64,000 nt of DNA from Amphiscolops sp. MND2022 (GCA_964187785.1 OZ076409.1:57724001-57788000), one strand, 5' to 3'; shown: positions 36,801 through 47,540, counted from the first letter of the stretch. Made by a program: numbers and translations. Notes: generated by a model not told the origin, from the letters alone.

Positions 36801-37791
36801 GGTGTGTGTTGTGTGTGTGTGGGTGGAGGATATGCTTTATTGGGGACGACAGGATGTTTTTGTTGGATGGTTCGAGAAGAAAGTGAAAGAACAGTTTGAA
36901 GTGGGTGACTGTAGTTCATTACATTGGTTCCTCGGGATGAAGATAGACGTTAGAGAGAGCGAAATCGCAGTAAGTCAGGAGAAGTATATTGACGATCTTT
37001 TGAGACGCTACAACATGGAAGAGTGTAAACCAGTACAAAATCCGTTACCAGAAAATACCAAGTTCGAACGAGAAAGTAACAAAGAACAAGATTATGACGA
37101 ACAAAGCATAATGGAACGACGAGACTATAGAGGATTAGTTGGTAGTTTGAACTACTTAGCACTTAGCAGTCGTCCTGACATTGCTCATGCCTCTCACGTC
37201 TTAGGTAGTTTCCTAGAGCATCCATCAAAAGAACATTGGATGGCCGGAAAACGAATTTTGAGGTATTTGAAAGGAACCAAGCAACATGAACTCGTGTTTA
37301 GAATGTGTGAAGGTGGCGTGTCTGTTTGTGCTTTCTCTGACGCAGATTGGGCCGGTGAGTTGACATCGAGAAAGAGTACAAGTGGCGTGTGTGTTAAATT
37401 GAACAGTGTGAGTGGTTGTGTGTGTTGGACCAGTAAATTGCAAGCTAGTGTTGCTCTGTCAACAGCCGAAGCTGAAGTCAATGCTTGCACTGTTGCTGTA
37501 CAAGAGTTGTCGTATGTCTGTGGTGTATTGAGTGAGCTTGGAGTTGTTGTGGTGAAACCTGTGAGCGTGTTTGTTGACAATCAAGCATGCATAGCTCTAA
37601 GCAAACACTCAATCCATCATAACAAGACAAAACATTTTGCCATAAAAACTTGCTTCCTTCAGGAAAAAACGGAAAAAGGCAAAATTTTACTGGAATTTTT
37701 ACCTACAGATAGAATGCCGGCAGATCTGCTAACAAAACCTTTAGGGAAAATAAAAACAGAACTTTTCACTAAAATTTTGCTGTGCCCTTGA
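33814..37791 (+). CDS. Ty1/copia gag-pol polyprotein, uninterrupted ORF (element 2)
   Basis: ATG at 33814; three CCHC knuckles; VVDSGCTNH; WHDRLGH..CEVC; PEENGKIER; KARFVAKG; VWVEDM; FSDADWAG; ADLLTKPL. Confidence 0.95.
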   Translation: MAVSVQTKLESLKFSGSEEDFVMFCGQFEARMYLLRLFGVLNGSEGVESCRPKARSGSSREERQVADEKAAEIFADKKYKIWCELVQCLDKKLFVRSYKGDGPAAWKALCDRFKSFERPRLQQLIEKLTSLRKDQNETIVDYITRAEDLQYNLSQVDEALSEQMFISILLKGLPKDFETFCALVKFTKETKSLDEVKRDLINFDTDRRKLREEETTFLSRNEVKCHLCGGPGHKSFECTQKARTETKQTKSFGQPRVCFKCSKPGHIAKFCPSQVTSRDSNHRMPERFCNHCKKKGHTLSTCFKLRGNQSNQGTDEARLAVQQDDSGKNEEVQFSFFANEDIAVSNNDLVVDSGCTNHMIKDRKLFAELNEEIERVVGCANKTESKLCGKSRAVFCVKNSEGNARRVELRDALYVPAYDRNQVSVARLKKVGVEIRFGEENSLTTSDGTKFHIEQEKNLFVWRIVPDLRVTKHETCLSSKLSKWHDRLGHNNWEDLKKLKEHVVGMDVCENDVIVCEVCEVNKAKRRPVPRDCITRAKEPLDYVHCDVLGPVSPVSVDGHKYAIGFQDSYSRYGKVYFMKSRDEVAAKIEQYCADIGKPRVLVTDCAKEFVGGDMKTFCRNKGIRQETSAPYTPEENGKIERVWGTICGMARCMIHRANMDKEYWTYALNYAFYIKNLLLHSATKQTPYARMYGERPNLSFIKVFGCKVYSFVEKQFRGKFDERAKVGVFLGFAENSKTYIVGLEENGATKKIKTRSVRFNEDEFYFGTKEGQPSVNNIPSNQLHGTDVAGDEVSFNAKKEPSQIKLPCSVQEALSDPQWKEAMKTEFDSLCSNQVWTLEELPKGTKPLRGKWHFAMKHNEDGSFKKCKARFVAKGFAQVEGRDFFETYSPTARMSTKRILLNLAAQYQVKPRQMDIKTAFLNADIEENIYMEQPEGFEVKNNEGNQVYCKLRKSLYGLKQSGRKWYLTLKMFLERIGFRACINDKCLFVRGTGDEVCVVCVWVEDMLYWGRQDVFVGWFEKKVKEQFEVGDCSSLHWFLGMKIDVRESEIAVSQEKYIDDLLRRYNMEECKPVQNPLPENTKFERESNKEQDYDEQSIMERRDYRGLVGSLNYLALSSRPDIAHASHVLGSFLEHPSKEHWMAGKRILRYLKGTKQHELVFRMCEGGVSVCAFSDADWAGELTSRKSTSGVCVKLNSVSGCVCWTSKLQASVALSTAEAEVNACTVAVQELSYVCGVLSELGVVVVKPVSVFVDNQACIALSKHSIHHNKTKHFAIKTCFLQEKTEKGKILLEFLPTDRMPADLLTKPLGKIKTELFTKILLCP

Positions 37792-37800
37792 TATAGCACC

Positions 37801-37813
37801 GAAAAAGGGGGAG
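37801..37813 (+). promoter_or_regulatory. Polypurine tract of copia element 2
   Basis: GAAAAAGGGGGAG begins 10 nt after the stop codon. Confidence 0.7.
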
Positions 37814-39401
37814 TTTCAACATATGATTCAACCATTCATTTCTTACATTAGATTATTCGTTTCATTGACTTCCCAATGTTTCCATTAATTATATTTTCGG
37901 TGCGATCAAGGTGTGATACAAACTTGAAGTTGATTTACCTCCATATTGTTGATTTCCATTACTAGCATTCAGTTGCCCAAATTTCTTTAAAGTTCTCTAC
38001 ATTAATTAACAAGAATGATGATTACAAATATCTTTTCGGTACATAACCTATAACCATTCATCTACAATATTCAATTACCATAAATTTAGGTTCATTGCAT
38101 ATGATTTAAAGAAACGTTTCACTTTTTGGATGACTTGGATACAACTAAAACTGGAACAATTCTGCTTTATGAACGTTTTATGCAATCAGTGTACGTTTTT
38201 TACTGTACATGTTGGTATTGATAACAACAAACTTCAACAACGAAACAATTGGCTATTTAGCATTTGTACATTAGCGTTTGCATAGGGAACTATTAAGTTC
38301 TAAGCGGACAAATCCTGAAAAAAAAACTTGTTAACAGAGTTGACATGTTCAATTTTTGACTGGTTTGGTTAACGTTCGCACCGTTTTGGAACACTTTTGT
38401 GGGCATGAATAGTCACGCAGCTAACAACAAATCAATCGGATACGTAGCGTATTCTTGTAAAGAAATGACTAAAGTTTGTTTTTTACCAACAAGGCGTCTG
38501 ACGACGGTTTTGAAAACAATGAAAAGGCAACTTTTTCTGAAAAGATTTTAACTACGACAAATACTTGAGGTTCAAACGTACCCATTCAACTACGAACCTT
38601 ATGATATCCATTTCGGTTCCTTTTAACCTGTTTTGGAAGGCTCTATTCAATGTTCTGTATGCAAAAGTATGCCAACATTTTGACGGTGAACTTGAACAAT
38701 TATGCAGATGTGGAATACTCAATTTCAGCACGAAAATCATCTAGCAGGGAACGGCCCAAGTTAGCACCCGCCTAAAGCTAATAAGCAAAATCTTTTGAAT
38801 TAGGCAGAAGGATATTTTTGCCAAAATTCTCACAGTGCCGAACATTACTTGAATTATTACCCTGGAAATTCGAAAACCGTAACTGAAAACATCAAAAAGA
38901 TCAACTTTAGGAAAAAATGGGATATTTTTTTTCTTTCAAGTTTATTATCGAGAAAAAGTTGCATTGTCTGAAAGCACAAAAGAGACATTTGGTGCTCGTA
39001 CAACGTTTTTCCGAACCAGAAGCAGGAGACATGAGAAGGAACGACCTTTTTGTTCAACGAAATGTTTTCGAAAAAAGTAGTTTAGTACCGTAAAAAAAAC
39101 ACAAAGGTTGATTCTTTTGTCTTTTACCCTTAAAGGAAATTTATTTACCATTCCAAATTCTAACCCATTATTCGTGGTTTCACAGTCTATCCACAAGACC
39201 AAGTGGAGTGACATTGAAAGGAAGTGAATGTTTTACAAATATTTAGAGATTTAACCCTAAATGGGTCATTGTTACGAATTTGTACCAGTTAGTTTCTGCA
39301 AATATCTAAGCGAACCTTTTACGTCTGCAAGGTACACTAGCTAAACACTTACCAAGCTTTACGACGGCCTGGTGGTTGACAACTTGCGGACAATTCGAAA
39401 A

Positions 39402-39968
39402 TTATTTGGTCCAGGAAAGGCACTTGCAAAATCCACTACACATAATAACTTTGAGATGTCCTTCTTTTTCAATCGCTGGACAATATCTCTTGTAAAGTAT
39501 CTTGCTTTCCGGAATATAGGTAATTTCACTCAATGCGTAGGAGTTCAAATGAACGTTATCCTTCCCCATGTGCTTATTGCTAAACACTTGCATAGAAACT
39601 CCTCTGAATTTCCAGCCTTCTTGACAAGAAGCTAGTAAAGAATTAACTTCTCTTGCTTGATGAGGTTGAAAGTTGCGTAAAGGTATTCCAAGCACAAACA
39701 CCTTTTTGGTTTTGGTCAATAAAAGATTTGCAAGATTGGATATCTGTCGAACTAAATTTTCTGACGTAGTTACAAATAAGTTGTTACCACCTATAAATAG
39801 GACTATGGTATCGTAAAAATCCTTTTTGGAAATGAAATTGTAAACATGCTCTATTTTTGCTCCAGGCAGTGACAAAACGTTAAAGTTAGCAATACCGAGC
39901 CCTTTTCTTTGGCTATCCGAAATTAACAAGTTTCTGGTTTTTGAAACTTTGAATAGATGGTGTCGCAT
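39402..39968 (-). CDS. SGNH/GDSL hydrolase-like ORF (188 aa)
   Basis: Block I LLISDSQ, block II SLPGAKI, block III VLFIGGNN, block V KDNVHLN; intronless; Cys-rich C-terminus. Confidence 0.8.
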   Translation of the reverse strand: MRHHLFKVSKTRNLLISDSQRKGLGIANFNVLSLPGAKIEHVYNFISKKDFYDTIVLFIGGNNLFVTTSENLVRQISNLANLLLTKTKKVFVLGIPLRNFQPHQAREVNSLLASCQEGWKFRGVSMQVFSNKHMGKDNVHLNSYALSEITYIPESKILYKRYCPAIEKEGHLKVIMCSGFCKCLSWTK

Positions 39969-40383
39969 CTATCGTCAACAAAAAATTCGGCTAGAATTAC
40001 TTTGAATAAGTTTCTGAAATCGGTGAAACAATTACTGCATCTTTGACTTTGTACTTATTCTGTTTCACAAACTTAAAGTAACTTTGACATTTCAAACGAT
40101 GACTATAGGAATCAACTTAGGTGTCTCGATGAGGGGTAGCGTGGTTGATCTGCTAAACAAAACGATAGATCCAAATCCTTGCGCCCACGATAACTTTCTC
40201 AAGCAAAAATATCGCAACCATATGCAATGTAGGTAAAGTGATGTTGGAATTTTGAAACAGTATAATATCACTTGTTCAACTCAAAAAAGGCTCTTCAATA
40301 GCCAGAGTTAACTAAATTAAATAAACGAGAAACTTCCAAGCGTTTACTGGCTTCATTACATGAGTAGCAAAGTCAACAGGTTT

Positions 40384-40764
40384 GGGATAAGACTTGGTTC
40401 TGAGTCTTGGTTGAAGTTAACTCTGGTTACTTTAGCATACAGGAAATAACTCATGAGGAAAATTTATGGTCAAATTTACTTTCATCATAAAAGCGCCTTG
40501 ATATACAGAGTAAGTTAATACGAATTCCCTTTCTGAGTTGTAGGTATACACCAAATTATGTAAAATTATATATTAAAAGCATACATTTGAGCAAGATTAA
40601 GGCATAGTTTTACACGTGTTGTTTGCTGGTAAATAATTAGCAATGATCTCAAATACCCCTCGTGGGTACTAGGAACGCCCATGTAGCACAAATATGGCGT
40701 TCATAAGCAACTAAATACAATAAACAAATAATAAAGTTCAAATACACACTGATTCTGAAGAAAT
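40384..40764 (+). repeat. 381-bp direct duplication, copy 1
   Basis: Matches 41631-42011 with two substitutions by eye. Confidence 0.95.
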
Positions 40765-40831
40765 CCAAGGTCATTGTTCTCTGTGACGTCATTGATGATA
40801 TCTTTTATTTTGGAGCCTCCTTTGCTGCTAT
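40748..40831 (-). CDS. Candidate host exon (SSKGGSKIKDIINDVTENNDLGFLQNQ)
   Basis: Pyrimidine tract + tattacAG; phase-1 start matches the preceding exon; donor ambiguous (exon end 40748 or 40746). Confidence 0.45.
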
Positions 40832-41107
40832 CTGTAATACATTGCCCAGGCATGACCAAAAAAGTCAACAATAAGAACAATTTTTCTAACATTTTATGAA
40901 CATAAAAAAACGAGAATGATTTTCAAGTTGAAATATCGCTGCCCTCGTGCAATATAAAGTTAGAGCTTCAATTGAGTAGAAGCCACATTGCAGCAGTCAA
41001 AAAGTCAGAGCAACGGCTATATTTCGAATGAATACGGTAACTACGTTCTTATGTTTAAAAATGTATTATGCCTCATCAACTAGCTTAAACCAAAGGCTAT
41101 GTATGTC

Positions 41108-41502
41108 AAACAAGCCGGGACCGGCCCAAGTCAGCGCCATATCTAAGGCTCAAAAATAGCAAAAGGACTTCAAAGTGACAAAGTATTCCCTTCTACAGAA
41201 CCCGAAATTTTTTGAAAAGTCTCAATGCCGAAAAAAATTGAAAGGGGACCCTTTGGGATTTTTCAACATCCTTTCTGTCGCAAAACTCAAAAAAAATTGA
41301 AGGGGACCCTTTGGTCTCGTCCGGTATTGTATGTTACGTCGGAAACCTATTTGGTTCAGTTCCGTGGGCCAACAGGGGCAATTAAAAATTTTGTAGAACT
41401 TTTGGTAGAACTATTTTGGTCACTTCAGGTGTATCGAAAAAAACACTGACGAAAAACCATAACTATAGTCGACTTTTTTCAAGAAAAGCGCCGACTAAAA
41501 AA
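41108..41502 (-). mobile_element. HINE-like element, copy G
   Basis: AACAAGCCGGGACCGGCCCAAGTC...CTAAGGCTCAA at one end and AAAAGCGCCGACTAAAAAA at the other. Confidence 0.8.
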
Positions 41503-41630
41503 GGAAACGTTTCAGTGGTCATGCCTGTGGACGATATAACTGTTTCTCTGGCGAGTCTCACGGGCGAGGAAGAGGAGTCACAGGAGCTCATGCAGGACTC
41601 TAGGGGGTACAGATCCTTGGGATAAGACTA

Positions 41631-42011
41631 GGGATAAGACTTGGTTCTGAGTCTTGGTTGAAGTTAACTCTGGTTACTTTAGCATACAGGAAATAACTCA
41701 TGAGGAAAGTTTATGGTCAAATTTACTTTCATCATAAAAGCGCCTTGATATACAGAGTAAGTTAATACGAATTCCCTTTCTGAGTTGTAGGTATACACCA
41801 AATTATGTAAAATTATATATTAAAAGCATACATTTGAGCAAGATTAAGGCATAGTTTTACACGTGTTGTTTGCTGGTAAATAATTAGCAATGATCTCAAA
41901 TACCCCTCGTGGGTACTAGGAACGCCCATGTAGCCCAAATATGGCGTTCATAAGCAACTAAATACAATAAACAAATAATAAAGTTCAAATACACACTGAT
42001 TCTGAAGAAAT
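41631..42011 (+). repeat. 381-bp direct duplication, copy 2
   Basis: Matches 40384-40764; preceded by an extra TTGGGATAAGACT at 41617-41629. Confidence 0.95.
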
Positions 42012-42791
42012 GATCAAAAATGGCCCAGAGAAAATGATTTTTGAAATATTTTGGCTCCGATTTTCAATTTTATGGTCTAGATATCTTGTTTGGGTCAAAA
42101 TATGTCGAAGGGAAGGAAAGCTAGCACTCAAATTCAATTCTACACATTTTTACAGCAGTTTGAAACTGACTAACTCGACCTATTTTTCCTTCAATTTTTT
42201 TTCTGAAAAAAGTTTAAGGCTCCAACAGAACCAGTTGACTGCATGGTAAAGAAAACTCTTGAATAGGATTTTCAGACGATATTACGTAGCATTGCATGTC
42301 TTTTTACGGAATATCGACATGTTGTCTCCCAAATCATGAAAACAGGACCAAAAAATCAAAAAAAAATTCAGCGCAGATTTTCCGTTTATTCAGTTTTAGT
42401 TTATGGCCACTTTATCCCACTGGTGTCAAGATTGGGTCAGAGTGGCAATAACACGTTTTGAAACATGCTGAATTGCAGTCAGAAACACAGTCGTGCAAAG
42501 TTTTAGGCGCAAAGTCCGGGCCCAGTGCGACGAAGCTAGCGGGGCCCCAGCCCAGTAGTTCAAAAATCAAATTAAATGCCCTGATTGTCTTCTTTCGAAC
42601 GCGCTATAAATCGATCGTCGGACTTGAATCGTATAAGACATATTGCGGCTTAAGCACCAGACTTTTGATGAATCCGGAAATTTCCTGGTCCATTTAGGGT
42701 TAACATCGACTGGTCTATGAAAAAAGGAGAAAACGAAAAGCGACTACTACGGCTTGTGTTTTTTTATGACAGTGACGAAGCAAAAACTTAC

Positions 42792-43047
42792 AAAAATTCC
42801 ATAAAACTCGAAACATTTTCCAAGCTATTTTTTTTAGCTGATTTGAAAAATTCGGTTCAGAAAGGCATCGGATTGTAATCTTAGTATCAACTTGTTTTGT
42901 TGTTGCAGGGCAGTGCTTCCCTCCCATACAAAAACAGGCTGAACATAGTCGTCCAAAATGACAACAGCATGATTTCAGACTTATCACACAGTGATCAAAT
43001 ATTGTAAAATCCCCGGCTGATCCTTGATTGGTCATTCGCATTTTTAG
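42792..43047 (-). CDS. Cys-rich host exon (LKMRMTNQG...CCCHFGRLCSACFC...VLWNF)
   Basis: cctgtAG acceptor and consensus GTAAGT donor; 256 nt, open, phase 0 to 1. Confidence 0.6.
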
Positions 43048-43592
43048 CTACAGGTTGACTATAAACTGGACCATATAAATGACATATTACCATATTGCAC
43101 TCAATTAAAGCATTTATTGATGAACATCGTTCAATATTTCTCACTACAGAAACCCAGTTGGATCTACAAATTGACAACATAATCACAATTGTCTCTGTTT
43201 GATGCTAAACTAAGTCGAAGTTCATAATCACTAACATACATTCAGAAAATGATTCAAAATAAAAGAGTCGAGTTTGAGGAAAAATAGTTGATTAGGGTCG
43301 AATTTTTTTAAAGGAAAACTACCAAAAACTCATTGGGAAAGCGTTCTAATAGCTACTCGTCGTGTCGTTGAGCTCTGAGGTTTTTCATACTAATGTAAAC
43401 GTTTAAAAATTGTTACAAAAATTTGATGAAAAAGATCAAAATTGGAACTACTGTGTTTTTTTGTCTTTGGAGGCATTTTGGGACCTTTCCCGTTAGGAAC
43501 TTTTTCTAAAAGAATACAGATACTTCCACATATTCATTTCCTACGAACCTATTTTTTGGGAATTCAATTCAATAGAACAACGTCTATTTTTT

Positions 43593-43975
43593 GGGGAGCA
43601 CGGCGTAGTGGTTAGAGCATTCGGGCTGTACTGGGGCGGTATCAGGTTCGAACCTTTTTCAACTCACCATTGTTGGTCCTTAAACAAGTCCTTTATCCCT
43701 CGCTTAGTGGTATGGTCAATGACAAAAAATAACGCATTTGGCAGAGAAAAACAAAAACAAAAAGAGCAACGGTGAATAGTCAGACCTTTGTAACCTTGAG
43801 CAAGTCACTTTGAAACCTCAGCTTCAATTCCACCATTGCTTGGCCACTTGACTGCAAATATGATACCATAGCTTGCTATGGTGAGATAGTATCCGAAAGG
43901 GCACCGACTTAGAAAAGCAGAACTGCTTATTGGGCATCCACCCCGCGGTAATGTGGAAATTAACTTTTTTCTTTT
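43593..43975 (+). mobile_element. tRNA-derived SINE with a CORE-like domain
   Basis: A box CGGCGTAGTGG; B box GGTTCGAACC; ACCTTGAGCAAGTCACTT resembles the MIR/CORE core; inverted copy at 63561-63945. Confidence 0.85.
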
Positions 43976-44208
43976 GGATATAAAATTGCAGGAAAATGTA
44001 AAAAAAAATAAATGTAAAAAAATATACGTAGGAAATGTGGGAAAAACGCTTTTGGGAAAGTAACTTTCCTTTCCTAACAATGAAATATGAGAACCAGAAA
44101 AAAAGTGAAACAATTGGCTCTCAAGAAAACTCTTGCATAGAGAAACTCAAATAATAGCCTGAAAGCAACCACAGAAGTGTTGAAATTTTCACCTTTTGAC
44201 CATGCATG

Positions 44209-44808
44209 TTTTTAGTCGGCGTTCTCGAAGAAAAACCACGACTCTTACAATGGCTTGTTTTTTTGTCAGTTCAACGCGATCGGTCCACTTTTCTGTTCAT
44301 TTGTTCAAATCCTTCGCCAATTAATTTTCAGATTTTCAGAAGCAGGAGAGCGTGGGGTCGAGTCTCGCACTAAACCACAAGTGTTTTAATGTTTCCAAAA
44401 GTAGAGGGTAGACTAAAGGGCCCCCCTATGGGTTTTGTTTCGGAACTATGCGACTTTTTTCCGATAGTTTTTGAATTCTATCAAAGGGTACCCCCTTGAA
44501 TTTCTTTGAAGTTGTCGGTTTGTAAAAAACGTTTAATGAGCCTAAAGGGTCTCTTTTTGGGTTTTTCGGCATTATGCGACTTGTTTTTACAAAATACTTT
44601 TTGAAAAATTTTAATTTTTCTCAAAGGCAAATTAGTTTTTTTCTGATGTTTCCAGTGCTTAAAAAACTGTTTTCGAGTTTCGGGGAAAACCCTCTCGGGA
44701 TTTTTCGGCACTGTGTGATAAATGGAAATTTTCACAATAGGCTGAGTTATTCCTTGAATATTATTGAGTCCTAAATATGACGCCGACTTGGGCCGTTCCC
44801 GGCTTGTT
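44209..44808 (+). mobile_element. HINE-like element, copy H
   Basis: Both termini present; internal tRNA T-arm-like GTGGGGTCGAGTCTCGC. Confidence 0.8.
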
Positions 44809-45001
44809 ATTGTTTTAGCTGTGATAATTATCCTCAAAACAACTATTTTGCTACTTCGCACAGTTTTGCGTACAGAAAGTTCTGTATTTATCAAAAACTA
44901 CAAACAGAACCAATAAGCGTCGAATTTTCATTTCTAAATTTTTTTTACAAGTTTTCTGGCTACACTCGAGTTCAGTAGGGGTGAAAGTCATCAACCTTTA
45001 C

Positions 45002-45020
45002 CTGTATTTTCCTCATTGAC
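45002..45020 (-). CDS. 19-nt micro-exon (R)SMRKIQ
   Basis: tttaattcAG acceptor and CAG|GTaaag donor; phase 2 to 0 bridges both neighbouring exons exactly. Confidence 0.6.
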
Positions 45021-45085
45021 CTGAATTAAAGTGTAATATTTTGCAATATTTTGCTCGTTTCATCTGAACTTTTGAAAAATCTAAC

Positions 45086-45407
45086 CTTTCGATTATAAGA
45101 TCCGGGTTATTCTTGTCGTAGTACTGGATGAAATGTTTCGACTGATCGGGTACATGATCCATGGTTATGACATCGTAAGAGTCAAGTCTGTCAATATTTG
45201 GTAAGGGTGGTGGTACTGTTCCAGAGGTAACAGGGTCTTTATCTGGTTTTGCAGGTGCTTTGGAAGACTGCACAAACTTTTGGGTAAATTCGTTCCGTAA
45301 AAACATTATGTTTTGATTGGTAGCATCGAACCCTAGTTTCATGAGATCATTCATTGCGTCACTGGAAGCTGTTTTTCCGAGCTTGGATTTTGCACTGTAG
45401 TTCTGAG
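45086..45407 (-). CDS. Host exon (QNYSAKSKLG...NNPDLIIE)
   Basis: 322 nt, open, phase 1 to 2; AAG|GTtaga donor; 65-nt intron to the micro-exon. Confidence 0.7.
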
Positions 45408-45916
45408 CTGTCATCATTTCAGTTGCGAAGTACAGGAAAAAGATAAAATTCAACAAAGGAAGTTTGTCTTTGACTAAGAAAATGAGCATTAATACCATGG
45501 GTTGCATTCCAACGTAAAAGCATGAATATTTGAAAAATTATCGCATCTGTGGAAAGATTGATTATCAGTTGGAAAGGAGGCGAAAAGAGTTCGGATTAGA
45601 GGGTAATCGTGATGAATTACAAGGAATCTCAAATGACAGGTTTTTATGAACCATAAGGGGTACGAATAAATAAAGATACTAATTTATAAACCTTTCCTGT
45701 GACGCTTGGTTGAATTACCATTGTTCTTCAGCTATGTGCGCCTTTTCGATCATTCAATTGTTCAAAAATCTAATAGAGTCTTCTTCAATAATTGCAAGCG
45801 ACAAGTTGTACTGAACAGTCATTCTCTTCACGCTGTTTTCACCGGAAACGCGTCACATCAAAATTAGGAACATCTTGTTCGAGTCAATCAACTGGCTACC
45901 AGTGAACATTTCTTAC

Positions 45917-45992
45917 TGGTACTGAGAAGTTTGTAGCGGAAAAAATCAGTCATGGTACTTCTCGTACTTTTGGCCCAACAGTCCAGTGAAAT
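45917..45992 (-). CDS. Host exon (ISLDCWAKSTRSTMTDFFRYKLLST)
   Basis: atccAG acceptor and GTaaga donor; phase 0 to 1. Confidence 0.6.
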
Positions 45993-46108
45993 CTGGATAC
46001 GGGCGGACCGAATGCAGGGTGATTTATAATCCCAATGAGAATAGTTCATAGTAAAGACCGATTTCTGTTTTTCTTGTCCTCTCCCAGATTTCTCAATCAC
46101 CATCTCAC

Positions 46109-46147
46109 CTTAATCGACACTCGTTCAACCGAGACGTCAAGAACTTC
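46109..46147 (-). CDS. 39-nt host exon (EVLDVSVERVSIK)
   Basis: Strong tttttttttctttcAG acceptor and AAG|GTgaga donor; phase 0 to 0. Confidence 0.65.
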
Positions 46148-46299
46148 CTGAAAGAAAAAAAAACAAATTTAAGCCTATATGGCAAACGAGTTGTTTTGTT
46201 TTATTTTGAAAAAGGTAGGAAGAAACACAGTTACGTCTGAAGGCTATTTTCACGAAGCGTGACTTTGGAACAAGCCAACTAATTAGAAATGATAATTAC

Positions 46300-46425
46300 A
46301 AGCGTGAAGAATTTTGACATCTGAGAACAACTTTCATGTTGTGCAGTTTCCGTTGAAATAGCACCCGACCCCAAAAACACACTTTCTTGTCTGATAGCAT
46401 CTCCAGTGTTTGACCGAGGTAGCCT
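46300..46425 (-). CDS. Candidate host exon (RLPRSNTG...SKFFTL)
   Basis: ttgccAG acceptor and GTaatt donor; 126 nt, open, phase 0 to 0. Confidence 0.4.
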
Positions 46426-47003
46426 CTGGCAATATTAGAGTAGTCTTACTTTTGTTTGTGCTTCCAAGTGTCACCAGATTCAGAAATGATTTGAGGAAAC
46501 GAACGTAAAAACAGTCCAAGTTTGGACAGGCATTCAAATTGAAAACATGAATTTAAAAGTTGCCACGGTTGCATGAAATTGTTATCCATGCTGACTTTTC
46601 CCCGTAACACTACGTTCACAGTGCATTCAAATATGAAAAAAAATACAACGAATCGCTCTTTTCATAAGTTGTTTAGTTAGAGCGTTAAAGTTTTGAAGCA
46701 ATTGCCAGCAATGATTCGTCTGTTTTTTTTTTCAACCGAGATCACCATGCGAATGTTTTATGAATTCGAAAATTATAGCCCTCGTAACATGATCCCGCCT
46801 TCAATTCAGGTCACTGAGATCAACCAATGAAACTAAAGAAACAGAAATATTTCAAGTTGAAGCACTTTTTAAAGAAAGCGAATCAGGAAGGACTGTGTTT
46901 GAGGATACAATTTGAGATTTTTGTCATGAAAAGCATCTCTAGCAGTTCTATACAAGAAAAAAACAAGTGAGAAAAAACTCTTTTAAAAAACAGCTTTGAT
47001 TAC

Positions 47004-47083
47004 CTTGAAAGGATTAGAGCAAAATGTGTAAGCGTACCTTTGTGGTTCAACATTATAGTAGTTATAACTACTTAATTTCACAC
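47004..47083 (-). CDS. Host exon (GVKLSSYNYYNVEPQRYAYTFCSNPFK)
   Basis: gcAG acceptor and AAG|GTaatc donor; phase 1 to 0. Confidence 0.55.
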
Positions 47084-47540
47084 CTGCTCGCACAAGTCCA
47101 AAGGTAAAACAATAATTACAGATTATCAGCAAAATATAAAAGGGAATAGCGGTTGAAAGAGATTGCAAGAAAAATTGCAACAAAAGCAGCAGCTATAGAT
47201 ATTTGATAGATCACGTAAATCCCTGACCGCAGTTAAAACTTGCGTTTAACGACATGAACAATTATTTTGACAACAATTCTTAATTAGGAAGGGGTTCCGT
47301 TTTGGATGATTCATTTCACGGGAGTCCATGGGAAGGCAAACGGGAAAAGAGAAGTTTTCCACGCAAGATTGTCCATGGAAAGATTTATATCACGAAAGTG
47401 CTTTTTTAGTTTAAATTCTCCGACACACCAAATTCGACGAGTTGTATTGGGCGAATGGTTTTCCACGAGTTTTCTGAATACCATTATAATCAAAACTGAA
47501 TCTTTTTTCACAATGAAGATGCAGACTGAAAATAAATTAC

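Noticed and set aside
34275..37580. Antisense ORFs within copia 2 (and similarly within copia 1 and the LINE)
   Set aside because: Shadow frames of the coding strand with no recognisable motifs.
40832..40892. MLEKLFLLLTFLV as a signal peptide or first exon
   Set aside because: Equally explained as the pyrimidine tract of the acceptor at 40832, whose phase fits the upstream exon. Not excluded, but unsupported.
40384..42011. 381-bp direct repeats as the LTRs of a TRIM
   Set aside because: No TG...CA ends, PBS, PPT or TSD.
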